From Isurus oxyrinchus (taxonomy: Eukaryota): DNA of 64,000 bases. Within the stretch, counting starts at the first letter, position 1. Each line of letters begins with the position of its first letter. Location of the stretch: NCBI GenBank assembly GCA_026770705.1, contig JANJGN010000151.1, positions 496,001-560,000 on the forward strand, read 5' to 3'. A program made the position numbers and the translations under genes. Under the pieces are notes generated by a model. The model was not told where the DNA came from. It saw nothing but the letters and a program-made list of their open reading frames with translations, and ran no database searches. Below are positions 14,306 to 26,511 of the stretch, piece by piece.

Positions 14306-14896
14306 TTTTCAGACCAATCAGGCAAAAATGATTCGAGCGGTTGCGGTGGAATTTGTGAAGATAATGATAAAAACAGTGGAAACAGAAATAATGGAATTTC
14401 GCTGGAGAGCAGCAGGAGTTTCAATTCTTCTCATCAACAGGAATAATAAGCCGGAGAATTACAGGTGTATTTATCTCATGTCAGATATAGATAATGTTTT
14501 ATTTTTGCCATCATTTGAAGAAGTAACCTCACATTCGATATATATCAGGAGATTCTGTGAGATGCTGAGTTGCCATTTGTTCATAAGCTGCTTGTTATTC
14601 TTGATGGGATTTAATTCACTTTCCAACTGACCATCGGAGACAAATAAACCTACCTCAGAAACTAAGTAGTCAGTCTGATATCATTTTATAAACAAATGCA
14701 CACAACAGAATAGTTATCAATAAATTGTTACAGTATTAAACAATCTGCGACTTAAATAAATGTGTAGTTTTGCATTTGAACACAATCACTGAAGGATGGA
14801 ATGGACTGAAGATTGTCACTGAGAGAAATGAAGGGAAATTATTGAAAAAAATGGATTTTCTCCTAAAAGTGCTATTAGATAACAGCAGATTCGAAA

Positions 14897-15026
14897 NNNN
14901 NNNNNNNNNNNNNNNNNNNNNNNNNNNNNNNNNNNNNNNNNNNNNNNNNNNNNNNNNNNNNNNNNNNNNNNNNNNNNNNNNNNNNNNNNNNNNNNNNNNN
15001 NNNNNNNNNNNNNNNNNNNNNNNNNN
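14897..15026. other. Assembly gap (N run)
   Basis: Run of n. Confidence 1.
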
Positions 15027-15469
15027 CGCTGCCTCAGACAGAGAGAGAAGAGATATTCAATGAATTTGGTGATGGACGTGATCGTCTTAGTAATGACATG
15101 GTCAGTATGACATCACTTCCTAAACAAAAGTGCACAAAGAAACATGTTATCAATAAACATTTGCGATACTAAATCATCCGTAGTTACATCCTGAGTGAAA
15201 GAAAATTAAACATTGAAACATTCTGGTGGAGATCATCGTTAATCTTTGAGAAATGACGGTATAAGCAAGAAGCATGTTCTTTGTGCATACAACACACATA
15301 ACAGGCGACACCTGATATACAATTTCGCTAACTGAAACTAAATGAAAAAAACTGTCAGGTGCTGCAAAGAATGGGCCATCAAATACCGCCCGTTTTAGAC
15401 CAACTCCAGAGAAAAATTCCCACGTCAACACCTTTGTTTATAATATTACCCCTCCAAATCACAGAGACA

Positions 15470-17485
15470 TAGAGCACTGCAGGAATAACAGTGACATGGT
15501 CTAGTCTAGAAATAACTGACGCAGGTTTAGCGCAGTAATTACTGAATAAGTACCTGGCTTAATATCAATTGATATTAATCCACTCCCGGGGCTAGGACAG
15601 TAATTATCGATCTGGCGCATAGATTAATAAACTCCTAGAGAGGACCTGGTGCAGTAATAACTGAGATTGCCTCTCGTGTAAGATAAATAAAAACATGATC
15701 CATTGGAATAAAAACAGAGACAAGGTGTGTGTAATATAAGATGTATGAACTCGTGCAGCAACAACAAAGGCAGGCTTGACCTTTGTATGTAAAAACATTG
15801 GGTCCAGAGACTTTGCCATAGGTGATGCAACCAGAGCCACGGCCGAAATCGGAACAGCTGAGACGAGGCCGAGCACTGAAATAACTGCGGCAGGGACTGG
15901 TGTAATATTATCATAGACATAATCTATTTCAATATAAACAAACTCAGGGTCTGGTGCAGTAGTACTGAGACAGGGCTGATTGTTCCAATTATTGATACAG
16001 CACCTACAGCAATATAAACCGCGACCGAGCCTAGTCTCAGTGATTGATGTGCCAGGATTTAGTGCATTAATAACAGACTTGGCCTTGTGTAATATAAACA
16101 GGGACATAGTCTGTACAGCCATAACAAATACAGGATCTATTCTAATTTAAACTGAGACAACGTCTAGTGTAATATAAACTGAGGCAGGTTCTAGTGTAAT
16201 ATAAACTGAGACGGGGTCTAGAGCAATATAAATTGAGACAGAGTCCAGTGTACTATAAACTGAGACGGGGTCCATTGTAATATAAACTGAGACAAGGTCC
16301 AGTTTAATATAAACAGAAATAAGGTCCAGCGTAATGTAAACGGAGACAGGCAGGGGAATACATACTCAGGTGTGGTCTAACAGAATATAAGCAAAGACGT
16401 CATCTAATGTAATATAAACAGGGACATGATCTACTGGAATAAAAAGTGAGGCAGTGCCGAGTGCAATAATAAATGAGGCAAGGCCTTGTGTAATATGAAC
16501 AGCAACATGGTCTAGTTTAGTACTAACCAAGACAGGATCTAGTGAAAGGAAACTGACACGGAGTATACTGTAATTTTACCTGTTACAGGACCTTGACTAA
16601 TGTAAACTGAGACAGAACCTAGTGTAGTAATTGCCAACTAAGTGCCTGGATTAATATAAAGAGATGTTGGCAAGTGCAGCAATAAGAGAGACATTGTATT
16701 AACAATAGTAACAGTGACAGGGCATCATGTAATATAAACAGGGACATAGACATAGCATTGACCGAGACATCCACTAGTTTAGTATAAACGTGGCAGGGTC
16801 TATTATTGCAATATCTGAGACAGATATTGTGTCATGCAAACTGGAACATGTTCTGGTTTAGTATAAGCAGAGACAAGTACTAGTGGAGTAACAGCTGAGA
16901 CATGGGCGATTGTCATATCAGCCAAAATATGGCTCAATGCAATCATAACGAAGGGAATGTCGAGTGTAATATGGCCTTGACAAAAACAGAATTACTTGGA
17001 AAAACTCAGCAGGTCTGGCAGCATCGGCGGAGAAGAAAAGAGTTGACGTTTCGAGTCCTCATGACCCTTCGACAGAACTAGTTCAACTCTTTTCTTCTCC
17101 ACCGATGCTGCCAGACCTGCTGAGTTTTTCCAGGCAATTCTGTTTTTGTTTTGGATTTCCAGCATCTGCAGTTTTTTTGTTTTTATTATTATAGTAATAT
17201 GGCCTTGGTCCGTTGTATTAACAACTGAGATTGGGCCTATTACAGAAATAACTGAGACACGACCGATTGTAATATGATCAGAGATTTGAATTAGTGTAAT
17301 ACATATAGACACAGGGTCAAGTTTATTATGAACAGGGACATGGTCCGGTGTAGTAATGATTGAGACAGTGTGTCTGTTTCATAAAATGCCAGTAATCGCT
17401 GTTCTACTGCCATCTACTGGATAGACCCCGCTATTGCAGATACTATGAAAATATCGGTTTCAGTGACTGCATCTGATATCAATGA
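15470..17485 (-). repeat. Degenerate array of the 27-bp monomer in inverted orientation
   Basis: Clear 27-bp period at 16150-16340 (ACTGAGACGGGGTCTAGTGTAATATAA-like), the reverse complement of the satellite half-unit. Confidence 0.8.
16981..17187. mobile_element. Penelope-derived short palindromic element
   Basis: Inverted arms (AAAAACTCAGCAGGTCTGGCAGCATCGG / CCGATGCTGCCAGACCTGCTGAGTTTTT) flank a hammerhead-like core. Confidence 0.8.
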
Positions 17486-18770
17486 TAGAATCATAGAATT
17501 CTTACAGCGCAGAAGGGTGTCATTCGGCCAGTTGTGTCCGTGCTGAATCCCTGAAGAATCAGTTAACCTATTGTCACTCTTTCTCTGTAGCCCAGCATTT
17601 TATTTCATTTTCAGGTAATGATCCGATTTCTTTTCGAAACCATCAATTGTTCCTCAATCCACCGGACACTTAGGCAGTGCATTCCTTACAGCTCACTGCG
17701 TGAAAAAAAGTTTTTCCTCTAGTCTCCATTGTTCCTTCTTCAGATTACTTTAAACTTGTGCCCTCTGGCTCTCGAACTTTCAACGAATGAGAACTATTTC
17801 TCCCTATCTCCCCTATCCAGGTGCTTCATGATATTTAATACCTCAGTCAAATCTCCTCTAAACTTTAGCTTCTCCGAGGAGCTTAAAGCCAACTTCTTCA
17901 CTCTTTATACATAACTGGAGTTCCTCTACTGGAACATTTTCCATGAATCTTTCCTGTGCCCTCTCTTATGCCTTCAAATTCTTCCAAAAGTGTGGTGCCC
18001 GGAATTGGATGCAATTCTCCAATTGAGGCCTAAGCAGCGTGTCACACAAGTTTAACCTGCTTGCTTTAATACTCTTTTATCTTACTGATAAAGTCCAGGA
18101 TGCTGCATGCTATATTAAGCAGGCTCTCAACTTGTCCTGCCACCTTTTAATAACTTATACAGATCAACATCTTCTCCTGCAGCCCCTTTGGAATCATACT
18201 CTTGAATTTATATTGTCTCTCGGTGTTCTTCCGACTAAAATGAATAACTTCTCACCTTCTCTGTGTGAAATTTCAGCTGTCACTTGCCCGCCCATTCCAC
18301 CAACCTGTCTATGTCGTTTTCAATTTCTACACTATCCTCCTCATGGCTCACAATGTTTCCACATTTGGCAATGTTTCCACATTTCGCATCGTCCACATAT
18401 TTTGAAACTGTACCCTGTACACTAAATCTAGTTCATTAATAAATATTATGAAAAACAGGCGTACCAGAACTGATCTCTGGGGAACTTCATTATAATTCTT
18501 CCCCTAGACCGATAAACAACCATTCAAAACTATTCTTTGTTTACTGGCACCCAGCCAGTCCCCTATCCATGATGTTACCGTCCATTTTATTCAAGTGATA
18601 CCCAACTTTTTTCACAAGTCCGTTGTGGGGCGCTTCATCAAATGTCTTTTGGAAGTCCATGTAAACCACGTCAGCAGCATTATCCTCATCAGCCATCGCT
18701 GCTGTGTCATCGAAAAACTCAAGCAAGTTAGTTAAACATGATTTACCCTTTACCGCTCCATACTGGCTTC
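17486..18770 (-). mobile_element. CR1 LINE fragment
   Basis: ORF 18541-18726 (LEFF...DVVYMDFQKTFD) is an RT motif; ATAGAATC tail at 17486. Confidence 0.88.
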
Positions 18771-19621
18771 GTGTATCCAGAACCCATGTCTATGATGTGG
18801 AAAGTCCCGATATTTAAGGTGCAACTATTGCAGATTAACGTGACTGATCTATGCACTTTAAGATGAGCAAAAGAGCAAAGTGTCTAAATTCATATTTATT
18901 AATTCTTGATGATCTTGCCCAACTCAACATATGCGACGTGGGAAGTAATTATTGGATCATGGTACAACCTGAAATATGATGGCAGTGATTTCCCCGATAC
19001 ATCAGGTGTTGCAGAACCTCCGAGGTAGCCAGGTTGGGATGTTAAGTTGAAGTGTGTGTGTGTGCGTGTGTGTGTAAATGTGTGTACACGCATCATTTGT
19101 TTAAAAATGAAGTGCACAAAAACAAATAATTATATTCACGTATTATGTTCCAGATATTATTTTATTCAAAATGTAATTGTTGTTCATTTAGTATCGTTAA
19201 CATTGACTGAGAAGACATTGAGCGTTCCCTCACCAGAGAACCCCTCTGTTCCTAGTATTCTGTGGGAAATAGGACCAAATTATTCCAAAGAGAACGAGCA
19301 GCTACCCACCAGTCTCTGCGTTTTATTGTTAAGTGTTTGGCTCAGCATTAAACAGAAGCTCTTGATATAAACATCGAGAGGGTGATAATTTGTGCAAGTG
19401 ATTGCAAAAATGAAAATGATCTATACTTGACCTGAACTTACCCGGTCTTAAAATCCCTCTTTATTATTTCCCTTGCTTGGGAAAGAATGAAACACTTGCT
19501 GCTCTCCAAGAAGTTTCACACTATTTCTGTTGCCATTTTACTCCTTCTTAGCCTGTTGCGTGCATTATTCCACACCAACGTCTTCCAATATCCTTGGGCA
19601 TGATCTAATATAGCAATGTAG

Positions 19622-21340
19622 AAAGCGGTGGCGTGGTGGACTAATATTTCAGAGACCCCGGGTATGAGCCGAGTTTGAATCCCACAAGAGCAGATGTTGA
19701 AATTTGAGTTCAATAAGTCTAATGATAACCATGGCTGAATGCTGTAAAAAAATCTGGTTCACTAATGTCCTTTAGGGAAGGAAATCTGTTGCCGTCACCT
19801 GGTCTGGCCTACATGTGACTTAAGACCCACAGCTATGTGGGTTAACTCTCAAATGGCCCAGTAAGCCACTCTACTCTGTTGCATCAAAGGAATGAAACTG
19901 GATGGAGCACACGGCAAATTTAGGCCTGCCAGCACTGCACTGCCCTTCGTACTAACATGAGAGCTGTCTCATTGATCAGTCAAGCATAATCATACTATCT
20001 TACAGACAATGTCCCAGGCACCACCATCGCTGGTTATGTCCCGGCAGCAGCCGGGAAGGAGTTGCCCAAGGAGCCCTCAACATGGACTCCAGATCTCATG
20101 GCATCAGGTCAAATAGGAGCAAGGAAACCTCCTGGTGATTACCAAGTACCCCCCTCCCCAACACCTGATGAATCTGTAGTCTTTCATTTTGAACACCACT
20201 TGGAGGAAACAGTGAGGGTGGTAAGGGCACAGAATGTTATCTGAATGGGGGACTCCAATGTCCATCACCTAAGAGTTGGTTGAGTCATAAAGGCCATGGC
20301 TGCTGGACTGGGTCTGGGGCATGTGGTGAGTGAACAAACAAGAGGGAAAAAGATATTTGACCTCATCCCCTCCAATCTGTTTGCCATCTCCAGATTGAGG
20401 GTACCCTCCATCGTGTTGTGTGACACCACAATCGTGCAAAATGGCATAGGTTTCGCAAAGATCTTGCAGTTCAATTTTAGACAACAACTAGGCACGGTGG
20501 GCCATCAGAAGCAGCAGCACTGTGTTCAACCACAACCTGTAACCTCATGGACTGGCATACACCCCACTCTACCATTACCATCAAGCCAGTGGATCAACCA
20601 TGGTTCAATGAAGAGCGCAGTAAGGCATGCCAGGAGCAGCACCAGGCATACCTAAAAATGAGGTGTCAGCCTGGTGAAGCTATAACATATGACTGCTTGC
20701 GTGCCAAACAGCATAAGCAGTAAGTGATGGACAGAGCTAAACAATTCCACAACCAACGGATCAGATCTAAGCTCTGTCGTGCTGCCACATCCAGCCATGA
20801 ATGGTGGTGGACAATTAAACAACTTGCTAGAGGAAGCGGCGTCTCCAATATCCCCATCCCCTATGAAGAAAGAGTCTAGCAGGTCAGTGCAAAAGATAAG
20901 ACTGAAACATTTATTGCAATCTTCGGCTTCCTCCAGAGGTTCCCACAATCACAGATGCCAGTCTTCAGCCAATTCGATTCTCTCCTGGTGATATCAAGAA
21001 ATGGTTGAAGGCACTGGATATGGCAAAGGCTATTGGTGCTGACAATATTCCGGCAAAAGTACTGAATATTTGTGCTCCAGAACTTGCCGCACTCAGACCG
21101 AATATTTTCCAGTATAGCCACAACACAGGCATATACCCAGCAACGTGAAAAATGTCCCAGGTATACCTTGCACACAAAAAGCAGGACAAACCCAACCGCC
21201 CGAACAGACTATTCTCGATCATCAGTAAAGATATGGAACGGGTCATCAACAGTGCGACCAAGCAGCACTTGCTTAGCAATGAGTTGCTCACTGACGCCTA
21301 GTTTGGGTTCCGCCAGGGCCACTGAGCTCCTGGCCTCATT
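19622..21340 (+). mobile_element. CR1/L2-group LINE 5' part headed by a DeuSINE (SacSINE1-like) module
   Basis: SINE head and central domain (GTCCTTTAGGGAAGGAAATCTG...CTACATGTGAC) at 19622-19870 run straight into decayed endonuclease/RT-like sequence. Confidence 0.65.
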
Positions 21341-21627
21341 AGGTCAACGATGGAATGAGACAGATAGACCCGCCGATGAAGAAAGTACCTGAGCTACCGA
21401 GAAAGACAGGGAGAAAGAGAAAGTCAGGGAAAATAATTGGCCCAGAAGCAATTGGTGCCCAATTGTCATCAGTCTTGAGAGACCAGCCAATCATGTCGCT
21501 GGGAAACGCCTTTCAGTTTCTCAATAAGTGAAGCTTGCCCCGATCCGAATTTCCTCTTTATCTCAGAACAGAGTGTCAACATATTTCTAATCTTATCTTA
21601 CTTCATCCGAATTCTAATCCTGACACC

Positions 21628-22058
21628 ATATGCTCCCAGTGCCCCTTAATGATAATAATGATCTTACTGCATGGTGAGTCAATTTTTAAATGGTCCATGT
21701 CTGTTCCATTTGTTATATTCAATTCCAGATATTTGATACGTTCTATGTTTTGTTCCAGGAACAAATGGTCAAGATTCAGTGTCCCAGAATCCCCCTGAAT
21801 TAGCGGCTCTTGAAGGACAAGGCATAAAACTGGAATGTATTTATTCGGCAGCTGGTGTAACTCTGTTCTGGTACATCCAGTACCCCGGGGAAGCTCCGAG
21901 GTATTTAATGAAGATATATAGCTCGGGGAATGCAGAAAATTTCCAGATTTCCCAGATAGATTCTCCGCTGTTTTGCACAATGGGAACAAAACGGTTCCTT
22001 TAATTACGGCTGGGGCTTTTCTCTCCGACAGCGCCGTGTATTTCTGTGCCATGGAGCC
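21628..22058 (+). pseudogene. TRAV/DV-like pseudogene, family A
   Basis: Leader 21628-21673 (ATG>ATA relative to its paralog), GT-AG intron 21674-21758, V exon with C..WYIQYPG..YFCAME. 1-nt frameshift near 21940; RSS follows. Confidence 0.92.
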
Positions 22059-22098
22059 CACACTGCTGCAGAGATATAGCGTATCCCGTACAAAAACC
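22059..22098 (+). other. V recombination signal (CACACTG-24-ACAAAAACC, or CACTGCT-22-ACAAAAACC)
   Basis: Consensus nonamer at 22090-22098 directly after the YFCA exon. Confidence 0.85.
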
Positions 22099-22122
22099 CC
22101 GCTGGGATTTCCAGTCAGCGCT

Positions 22123-22135
22123 CAGCAGAGGGCGC
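22123..22135 (+). promoter_or_regulatory. CTCF-like motif CAGCAGAGGGCGC downstream of RSS
   Basis: Matches the CTCF core consensus; conserved at the same position in paralogs. Confidence 0.7.
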
Positions 22136-22942
22136 TGTCACACCGAAAAAACAGAAACAATTCAGCCTGTAACTCTTTCGAGTACAAACACGTTTCCATC
22201 TGTTTCAGATGAAGTTACATTGTTTCATAGTTTGCCATTGTGAGATTTGAACTTTGATCTTGGGGTTGCAAACCCAGTACCATAACCACTTGGCTATTTA
22301 GGCCTGTAGGTGTCACAGGGTCATTAATGAAATATCAAAACCAATCATAACGCTGAACAAGAACAGCTGAGCAGCAACTGAGGAATTCTATGAGTTGGGA
22401 TTTTATCATGCATCTATACTAAACATGAATTTCCCAAATTAATTTGTGGTGCGTTAATTCACATTTTGCCTTTTGATGATCTTTCCTTGCCTGTCGGAAC
22501 TATTGCCCCTTTCTCCATCTCCACTGTCCCTTTCGAAGCCTCTTTGGTCAACGCCGGCACATGTTGTCTATTTGACCAGACTATTTTTCTGGTTCATGGA
22601 AGGTAGGTAGAAAATGAACACATTTCACAAGGGAATGATTGCGCTCTTTTAAACAAGCCCCAAGCACAGATTTCCCTCAATGTGCATTGTCCTTTCGAGT
22701 GTCTGCTTGATATTTTCTTACACCATTCACAACCCGGTGTTTCTGTTTTTCAATAACCAGACAAGGGGATCCATCCCCACCCCTGTCCCTAATGATATAA
22801 CATCTCCGTTATAAGGACACAGACAATAGCCCCGCTCGGGCTAGTTACATTCACTGACAGCCGCTCCCCTCCGCCACCAAACCCCCCGCCCACCCCACCA
22901 CCTACAGGTCTTAAAGAACCAATGGATACACAAGGGAATGAG

Positions 22943-23310
22943 GTGAGAGGGTCCCGAGAATAACAACCGATTATTGATGGTTTCTTCTAATCTCAATTTC
23001 CCTTTCACAGAGCGGACAGCGACAATGTCGACAAGCATCAATTGGGGTGTATGGGGAGTGACCGGGGTATTCCTGACAGGGAACAGCGAAATAAACGCAT
23101 TTCATCTCATTTTCAAAACATAGTTTCAATCTGAATTTTAAACACTCTCCTGTATGAGCATTTTCTGTTTGATCATGTGTTTCAGGTCTGAGTTATGGAG
23201 ATCGTTACTCAGATACTGTCCTCAAATGTTAAGACTGAAGGAGAAGTAACTGGTTTAAGTTTCACTGATGATATTTCACGGAGTGAATGCGTTTTATTCT
23301 GGTACCGGCT
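22943..23310 (+). pseudogene. Truncated TRAV/DV-like pseudogene, family E
   Basis: 5'-UTR intron 22943-23010, leader 23025-23079 (donor mutated), V exon from 23186 reading VTQILSS...LFWYR, then lost. Confidence 0.7.
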
Positions 23311-23554
23311 GATCCCGATCGGGCTGTATTTACAGGGGCAGTCTTACTCATGTCTGCAGGCAATTGGTGAGACAGACAACAGCAAAAGGACCGTTCAGAC
23401 AGTCACACCTCTCTCTGAGTTAAGGAAGTGAACTGTGAAGAGCTCATCAGAAGCAGGGCACAACCGGGGTTTATGCTGGGAAGCAATCTCACTCCCCAGT
23501 ACTTTGTGCTGTGCTTGGGAGCTCCTGCCTGTTGGGGTTTGTACAGAATGCAGG

Positions 23555-23690
23555 GCAGGTGCAGCCATAATGTCCAGCGGCGCTGTCAGCAACTCAAACA
23601 CACACTGAGAGAAAACCACATTCACCTCGGATCAAACCGGCAACAACTGTTTCCAGCAGCGGCCAAGAAAACAAACTGCAGAATCCGACC
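23555..23690 (+). promoter_or_regulatory. Repeated ~135-bp enhancer-like module (RUNX/ETS/E-box)
   Basis: Paralogous copies at 25407-25541, 33794-33926, 42228-42350 and 53412-53543. Confidence 0.5.
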
Positions 23691-23828
23691 CTACCGAACA
23701 CATGTCAAATAAATCTACAGGTTAAACCATCTTTCCTGTTTCTGATCAGCTTTTATTTCCCTTAAACTCCGAGCTCGATATTCAGATCAGCTCCGGGCAA
23801 GATGTTTCTGATCCTCAAACCAGACCGT

Positions 23829-23926
23829 CTGACATCACACTGACTGCAGGGCGAAGACGTCTCACAGCTGCAGGGTGACGTCACACAGGCTGTGGGTGGA
23901 GTCTTACTGGCGGATGCTCTGACGCA
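23829..23926 (+). promoter_or_regulatory. CRE-site cluster in family C V promoter
   Basis: TGACATCA 23830, TGACGTCA 23876 and TGACGCA 23920, about 210-300 bp upstream of the leader ATG. CRE motifs are typical of TCR V promoters. Confidence 0.6.
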
Positions 23927-24133
23927 TGCGTACTCCGTTCCCCCACGCCCCATCATGCTGAAGCTCCATCGCAGCTTCAGTTTGTGATCACAAGTCCCAG
24001 AGACTCCGGTCTGGCGGACGCAGTGTAACTGGTGTTGGGCTCAGTTTGATAGGGCACAGCGCTGCCTCCCCCGACAGCGCCTCTTGGCCTGAATCTGTTG
24101 AGAGTTACTTTACTGAAGTCGATAGGGTCCGAC

Positions 24134-24634
24134 ATGAAGCTGAGCCTCACTTTAGTGATCATCTCCCTGGATTTCTCACTTTTCCCTCCGTGTTAGTGTG
24201 CTCACTATTCCTGACCAGAATATTTTATACATCCCTTATGTTGTTTTACATTGTACTTTACTTTATTGCATATCTTCTATTATCTTGTTCTTATTGTGCT
24301 ATATTATAGTTTATTGTGCTAGATAATATTGATTTCATCTTATTACTCTATATCTACATATTCTTCTCAGACTCCACTGACAGTGAAGAAATGTCACAAT
24401 CTCCCAAGTCAGTGGTTGCTACCAAAGGAGAAACTGCATCGTTCAGCTGTTCCATTAGAGTAGGAGGACAGATCCTACACTGGTACAGGCAACACCCGGA
24501 CAGAACCGTGCAGCACCTGGCCAGTGTTCGGGACAGGATCACAGCTCGTCTGATTGCAGTAGAGAAGAGCAGTTCTCTGAATGTTAGTGACGCTCGAGTG
24601 ACAGACACCACCACCTATTTCTGTGCGGTTGGGA
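24134..24634 (+). CDS. TRAV: Intact TRAV/DV-like segment, family C (leader 24134-24191 + V exon 24371-24634), very short CDR2
   Basis: Leader MKLSLTLVIISLDFSLFPP, phase-1 GT-AG intron, open V exon with Cys, WYRQ and TYFCAVG, followed by a 23-RSS. Confidence 0.85.
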
Positions 24635-24673
24635 CACAGTCCAGCAAAGATCAGTAGAGATCGTACAAACACC
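24635..24673 (+). other. 23-RSS (CACAGTC-23-ACAAACACC)
   Basis: Spacer counted 24642-24664. Confidence 0.9.
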
Positions 24674-25621
24674 TGCCAGCGAGATGCTGACGGATTGTAA
24701 TCGGTACAGACATCAGAGTGGACAGTCTCACTCTGGCTAAACAAAAGCAATAAAGGAGCCTCCACAGTGAGGGTCACAGGGACCTTCCTAAAACACCTAA
24801 TAACAGCAGCAAAGAAGAAGAGCTGAGGAACACTTGCGCAATTATATTAGTTGATTTCAACTTGAGTTTGTACCATAATCGATTTTCATAAATCAATTTG
24901 ATCACTTTCATTTACTTATTGCCTTTTTATGCAGTTTCAGTGCCTGTCTGTAATATTGAACAACCCTTCCCCATTTATACACAATGAACCCAGCTCACCA
25001 GGCAGTGACTGTGATGTCTAAAACAAACTTCAGATATAGAGTTCACCCACTGACCATTGAGCTTCAGAATGTTCCTTCAATGCTGGAATATTTTCTGTAC
25101 CCATTAACAATCCCAAATTTGCTAGTGATAATGAACAGATCAGGATTGAACTCCGAGCCCCCCCACCTCCCCCCCCCCCCCCACCACGCCCATCTGTAAA
25201 AGTGCAGGATTTCCCCTATCTGACTGTAGTCCAGCTCAGGATTTTTCCATTCAATGTCAGTCAGCTCACCACCGAAGGATCTCACGGACCTATGGAGACA
25301 CAAAGAAGTGAGATGAAAACTACCTGACACATAGCAGCAAACTATTAAGGGTGGGGATTGGAATGGGTATCTTCAAATCTGATTCTGTGATGATCTGTCA
25401 GTCGGATCGGATTCTGCAGTTTGTTCTCTCGGTCGCTCCTGGAAACAGTTGGGTGACAGTTTGATCTGAGGTTAAAGTGGTTTCCTCTCGGTGTGTGTTT
25501 GAGCGGTTGACAGCACCGCTGGACATTCTGGCTGCACCTGCCCGAAATTTGATGCAAAACTCAACCGACAAGGATTCCCAGAATGGAGTGAATAGAGTTT
25601 CACTAGGAAGGAAATACGTAT

Positions 25622-25685
25622 TGAGAAGTAAGATAATGATGATGAGCGGATTGAGGGTGTTCCGGAGGATGGTCCTCCTCTGCAT
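25622..25685 (-). pseudogene. Orphan family B promoter and leader exon (V exon deleted)
   Basis: MQRRTILRNTLNPLIIIILLL with donor GT>AT. Promoter is homologous to 46400-46750; no V exon follows. Confidence 0.65.
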
Positions 25686-26435
25686 TGCTGCAGTCCGGGA
25701 AAACCTCTGTCAGAGCAGAAATACCGAGCCCGGCCCCACTGAACTGCCGACCCAAACAATGTCAACTAGAACACAGGCAGCATTCGGTCCAATAATAAGG
25801 CGGGTCAGAGAGGCGACAGCAAACGGAAGCTGTGGGAGGGGCTACATCAGGAAGTCTTGTCACACATGGAATCCATTTGTAAGCAGCTGAAGTCAATAGT
25901 ATTGTCCCCTTCGAAAATGACATAACTCTGCCTCTCTATAACAGCTGCGGCACTTTCATATTCATTCCATATTGGGGGAGAGCAGGGTGAGCACCGGCAA
26001 GTCAGAATTAGTAAATTATTCAATAATAAAGGGAATTATCATTAGCGACTTGGGATAAAACGAGGGTTGTATCTATGGGCAGCTGGATTAGTCTGTGTTT
26101 ATGTTCAACAAGTATCAATGGTCTGAAACGGTTAAACTAAAGACAGGAAGAAGGGAATGTCTGAAATTATTCGTAACGGGTGGAGACAGAGGCTGAGAGA
26201 GAACAAGTCGGCAGGGAAACGCATCCAAGGAAAAGAAAGATGAGTTAAAGCACCATATATCGATTCGTAGTGTTCATTTTTCTTAGGTGTGAGAGTTGAA
26301 AACGCACATTGATATTACTGCTGAAGTGATCATTGTCAGTTCTTGTAAGGGGTTGTGTTTTGATGCAATTTTAGGACGGTCTCTGTGCCTCCCACTGTGG
26401 AGGCATGATTATTGTTTCTATTTATGGGTGTGAGA

Positions 26436-26448
26436 GCGCCCTCTGCTG
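26436..26448 (-). promoter_or_regulatory. CTCF-like motif downstream of RSS
   Basis: CAGCAGAGGGCGC on the minus strand, 26 bp beyond the nonamer. Confidence 0.7.
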
Positions 26449-26511
26449 AGCACTAACTGGAACTCTCAGTGTGGGGTTTTTGAACGGGGTCCACGTCTCT
26501 GCAACAGTATG

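Noticed and set aside
14250-14630. 126-aa ORF
   Set aside because: WRAAGVSILL..NNKPENYR resembles a decayed CR1 RT N-terminal motif, not a host gene.
24690-24800. CACAGTG at 24763 (also 26393) suggesting a D segment or NAR-TCR V-D-J cassette after the short V
   Set aside because: No credible nonamer at 12 or 23 bp, no 5' RSS and no FGXG/WGXG J nearby; the region is a shared post-RSS flank.
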